Of a DNA stretch of 64,000 nt, positions 61,486 to 64,000 are shown in pieces (the stretch's first letter is position 1; every line of letters starts with the position of its first letter). The position numbers and the translations under genes are program-made. This stretch comes from Mobula hypostoma (lineage: Eukaryota): NCBI RefSeq assembly GCF_963921235.1, contig NC_086097.1:213592001-213656000 (forward strand), given 5' to 3'. Under the pieces are notes generated by a model. The model was not told the origin of the DNA, did no database searches, and was given only the letters and a program-made list of their open reading frames with translations.

Positions 61486-63399
61486 GTAAACCATATCTCT
61501 CTGGCTTACTCATGAAAAGTGCGTATGAAGAGTTGACTGGCTTTAGGTTTGGGTAAATTTGAGAACAAGTGGTGGAAAAATGGCAAATTCACATCATTCC
61601 TCTAATGTGCTCTGACCATTTTAAATGGGCAGCCGAGAGTGTTGCTGGAACTCAAAAGGCAGGGCTTATGCTGGATATTTTGCTTATTACCACACTTGAC
61701 CTTTACTGGGTAGGAATCCAGCCCCACTCAGAAAAGGTCTGTCCGACGAGATCCCGCTAAGGCTTCAGGTGAAGATTTGGTGTCAGTGACGAGGAAACAC
61801 TGGTCCTTTCAATGTTGCCTAGGAAAGGGCCTGTGCTACAGCTGCAGCGGGCTGGAGCACAGTCTGATCCCAGGCCCTTTGTCAGTCTCTTCTGCAAGGA
61901 GGGTCAGAATCTTTGCTTCTCTAATCACCATGATATCCAACTGGCCGGTAAATCAGGATGTTGCTTAGCAATCTAACCAGTGGCTAGAGGATGGGGGGAC
62001 ACTTCTCAAAAGAATTTTCTTATGTTGGATAGTGAGCCTAGAAACAATAAGTTCATACCTCACAGCAACTCGGTGTGTCCAAATTAAAGGACGACAATTA
62101 TGCAATGTGGATAGCAAACTTAATTTATAGAGGGCATTTAATGTTGAAGTTTCAGCCAGTTATACAGAATTAAGGGTAAATTAACCCACTGTACTCGCAA
62201 GTGCAAGTGTGAGGTAAATCATTAAAAGACTGGCAGGAAAGACCAGTGTAATTCAATAGTGTCGTCTTAGGTGCTGTGCAGTGTGTATTGTTTCCAAACA
62301 TCTGGAGAAAGGCAGTGTTCATCATATCGAATTGCAGGCGTTATTGCAGCTTGGTCAGGTTTGTAATAATTACAGGGCTCTGTACAATTTAATTAGATGA
62401 CATGAGTAATGGCAGATGGTTACTCTTCAGCGACACCGGAGAAAGAAAATGATTTAGGTGTGCCAATTAACCCTGTCCTAAGAAAGTAAATTCAAACTCT
62501 GGTCCTGGATTATTTTGGGATGTGGGTTACAGTTACAAGGTAATAGAAGAGGGAAAGATTCCAGATATTCATAGATAAGGTCAATCAATGGAAATTCTGC
62601 AGGTAACTGAATTGATTAAATCTCAACTGTTCAGTAATAGTATTGGTGAAGGGACCTTTGGCCACTGTTTTTATCAGGTATTAATATACATCCACACATC
62701 CAGTAAGAGCAACATGTAGTATCCAGAGATGTATAGTTAGATATGGAAATTTGTTCAATTATCCCTGCTCCTACGCATGTTTCATTACACTGGCATTCTG
62801 TCAAGTGGCCTGTTATCATTAATGGGAAAGCTTGTGACACTCGTCCATTGCATACCTGTCTATCAGACCCCACACAATCATGCAGTGAATCTTTATTGGT
62901 CTGGTAAATTGTTGCAAGGGAAAACCATAAATAACAGGTATCTCTTTTGATCTGCATAATATTTGTCTAACCACTTCATAAAAGAATATCCAGGCTAGTG
63001 CCCCTTGTTTGAAGAGTTTTTAATCTGATTAGTTGGTTTCCCTTCTTACTCGCATCACAAATTCCTTGGACAGGATCCTCTCTACATGTGATTTCTGTAA
63101 AGAACATTTAAAAATGTGTACAGTTGGAAATAGTGAACAAGACAGTAAATTGTTCACCACAGAATCTAGTCCATTATTGGTCATGAAGGTAGAATCCTTG
63201 TCATGTCCCATACCTAGTGACATGGGCCTCACAATGATGCTCATGTCCGCACAGTGGAAGATTTGAAGTAGATTCAGAGAATCTCCAGGTTTGTTCATGT
63301 TCTGGAAGGTCACAATTTGAGACTTAAAATCAATTTTTTTTGCATCAGCCCCCCCCCCCCCGATTGGTTGATAGAACAGCAAAGTGCAAGAGCAGACCA

Positions 63400-64000
63400 T
63401 TTTCCTCTCAACTTAGACCATGTCAATTGAATAACAATCAAGGTAGTCCCCCTCCACTGATCTTTCCCAATGTTTATTTCCCTTGAAGCCTTTTAAAAGT
63501 CACTCTAACTCTGTGTTTGCCACCCTACTAAGTAATGCATTCCAGGACCCAACAACTGATTCTCCGTTTTATGAGTTAGCTTTAATCTGTTCCTTCAATG
63601 ACTCTTCAGGCAGATGCAACAGTTTCTTTCTTATTCAATGTAATGGTTCATGGTCTTAAGTACTTCAAACTATCTTCTGATCCCTTCTGCTCCAAGGAAA
63701 GAAGTCTTCGCTTCTCTTGATCCATAGAGTTTTACACCCCATACTAAATTGTATCATAGCATTGCCCATTCCATCAGTCCACCGATGAGCTTCTGAAGAT
63801 TATTACTGTCTTCCTCACTACTTAATACCCCCTCAGGTTTCATATCATCACACATTTACCCAGGTATATGCGAAGTCCCTAGTAGATATTGCCTATTTGA
63901 CTGGATAGGTAAGTTAGGTCCCATGGAACCCAAGGAGAGCAAGGTATGTGGATTCAAAATTGGCTTGCAGGTAGGAAGCAAAGGGTGGTGGCTGCGGGCA
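63400..64000. mobile_element. Old CR1 fragments (minus ~63400-63860, plus ~63860-64000)
   Basis: WIQNWLAGRKQRVV at the window end; decayed CR1 3' sequence before it. Confidence 0.6.

Noticed and set aside
21600..64000. Exons of a second host gene among the many short ORFs
   Set aside because: All recognisable ORFs are TE-derived and the rest lack family motifs. Small or non-coding exons cannot be excluded by eye.

Overview
Vertebrate genomic DNA, most likely a cartilaginous fish (ray/shark). This is inferred from the repeat content: HE1/V-SINEs, abundant CR1, Rex1/Babar and Penelope-like elements. The only host gene is the 3' end of CHD7 on the + strand: five phase-0 coding exons (10347-10793, 15786-16010, 17284-17424, 18367-18471, 19625-20533) encoding both BRK domains and the C-terminus, plus a 3' UTR. 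The window opens on a splice donor, and the ~10.3 kb intron that follows is almost all nested retroelements, including a full-length sense-strand L1 with a 14-bp TSD. The ~43 kb downstream is intergenic and TE-rich (CR1, Rex1, RTE, Penelope-like, Tc1, Tigger, SINEs). The most interesting signal is a set of Penelope-like (PLE) terminal repeats carrying minimal hammerhead-ribozyme (HHR) motifs. They were repeatedly inserted as TSD-flanked fold-back hairpins, and one puts two tandem sense-strand HHR-like cores just upstream of the last CHD7 splice acceptor. Several insertion junctions also record local template switching. All calls were made by eye; no searches or folding were run.
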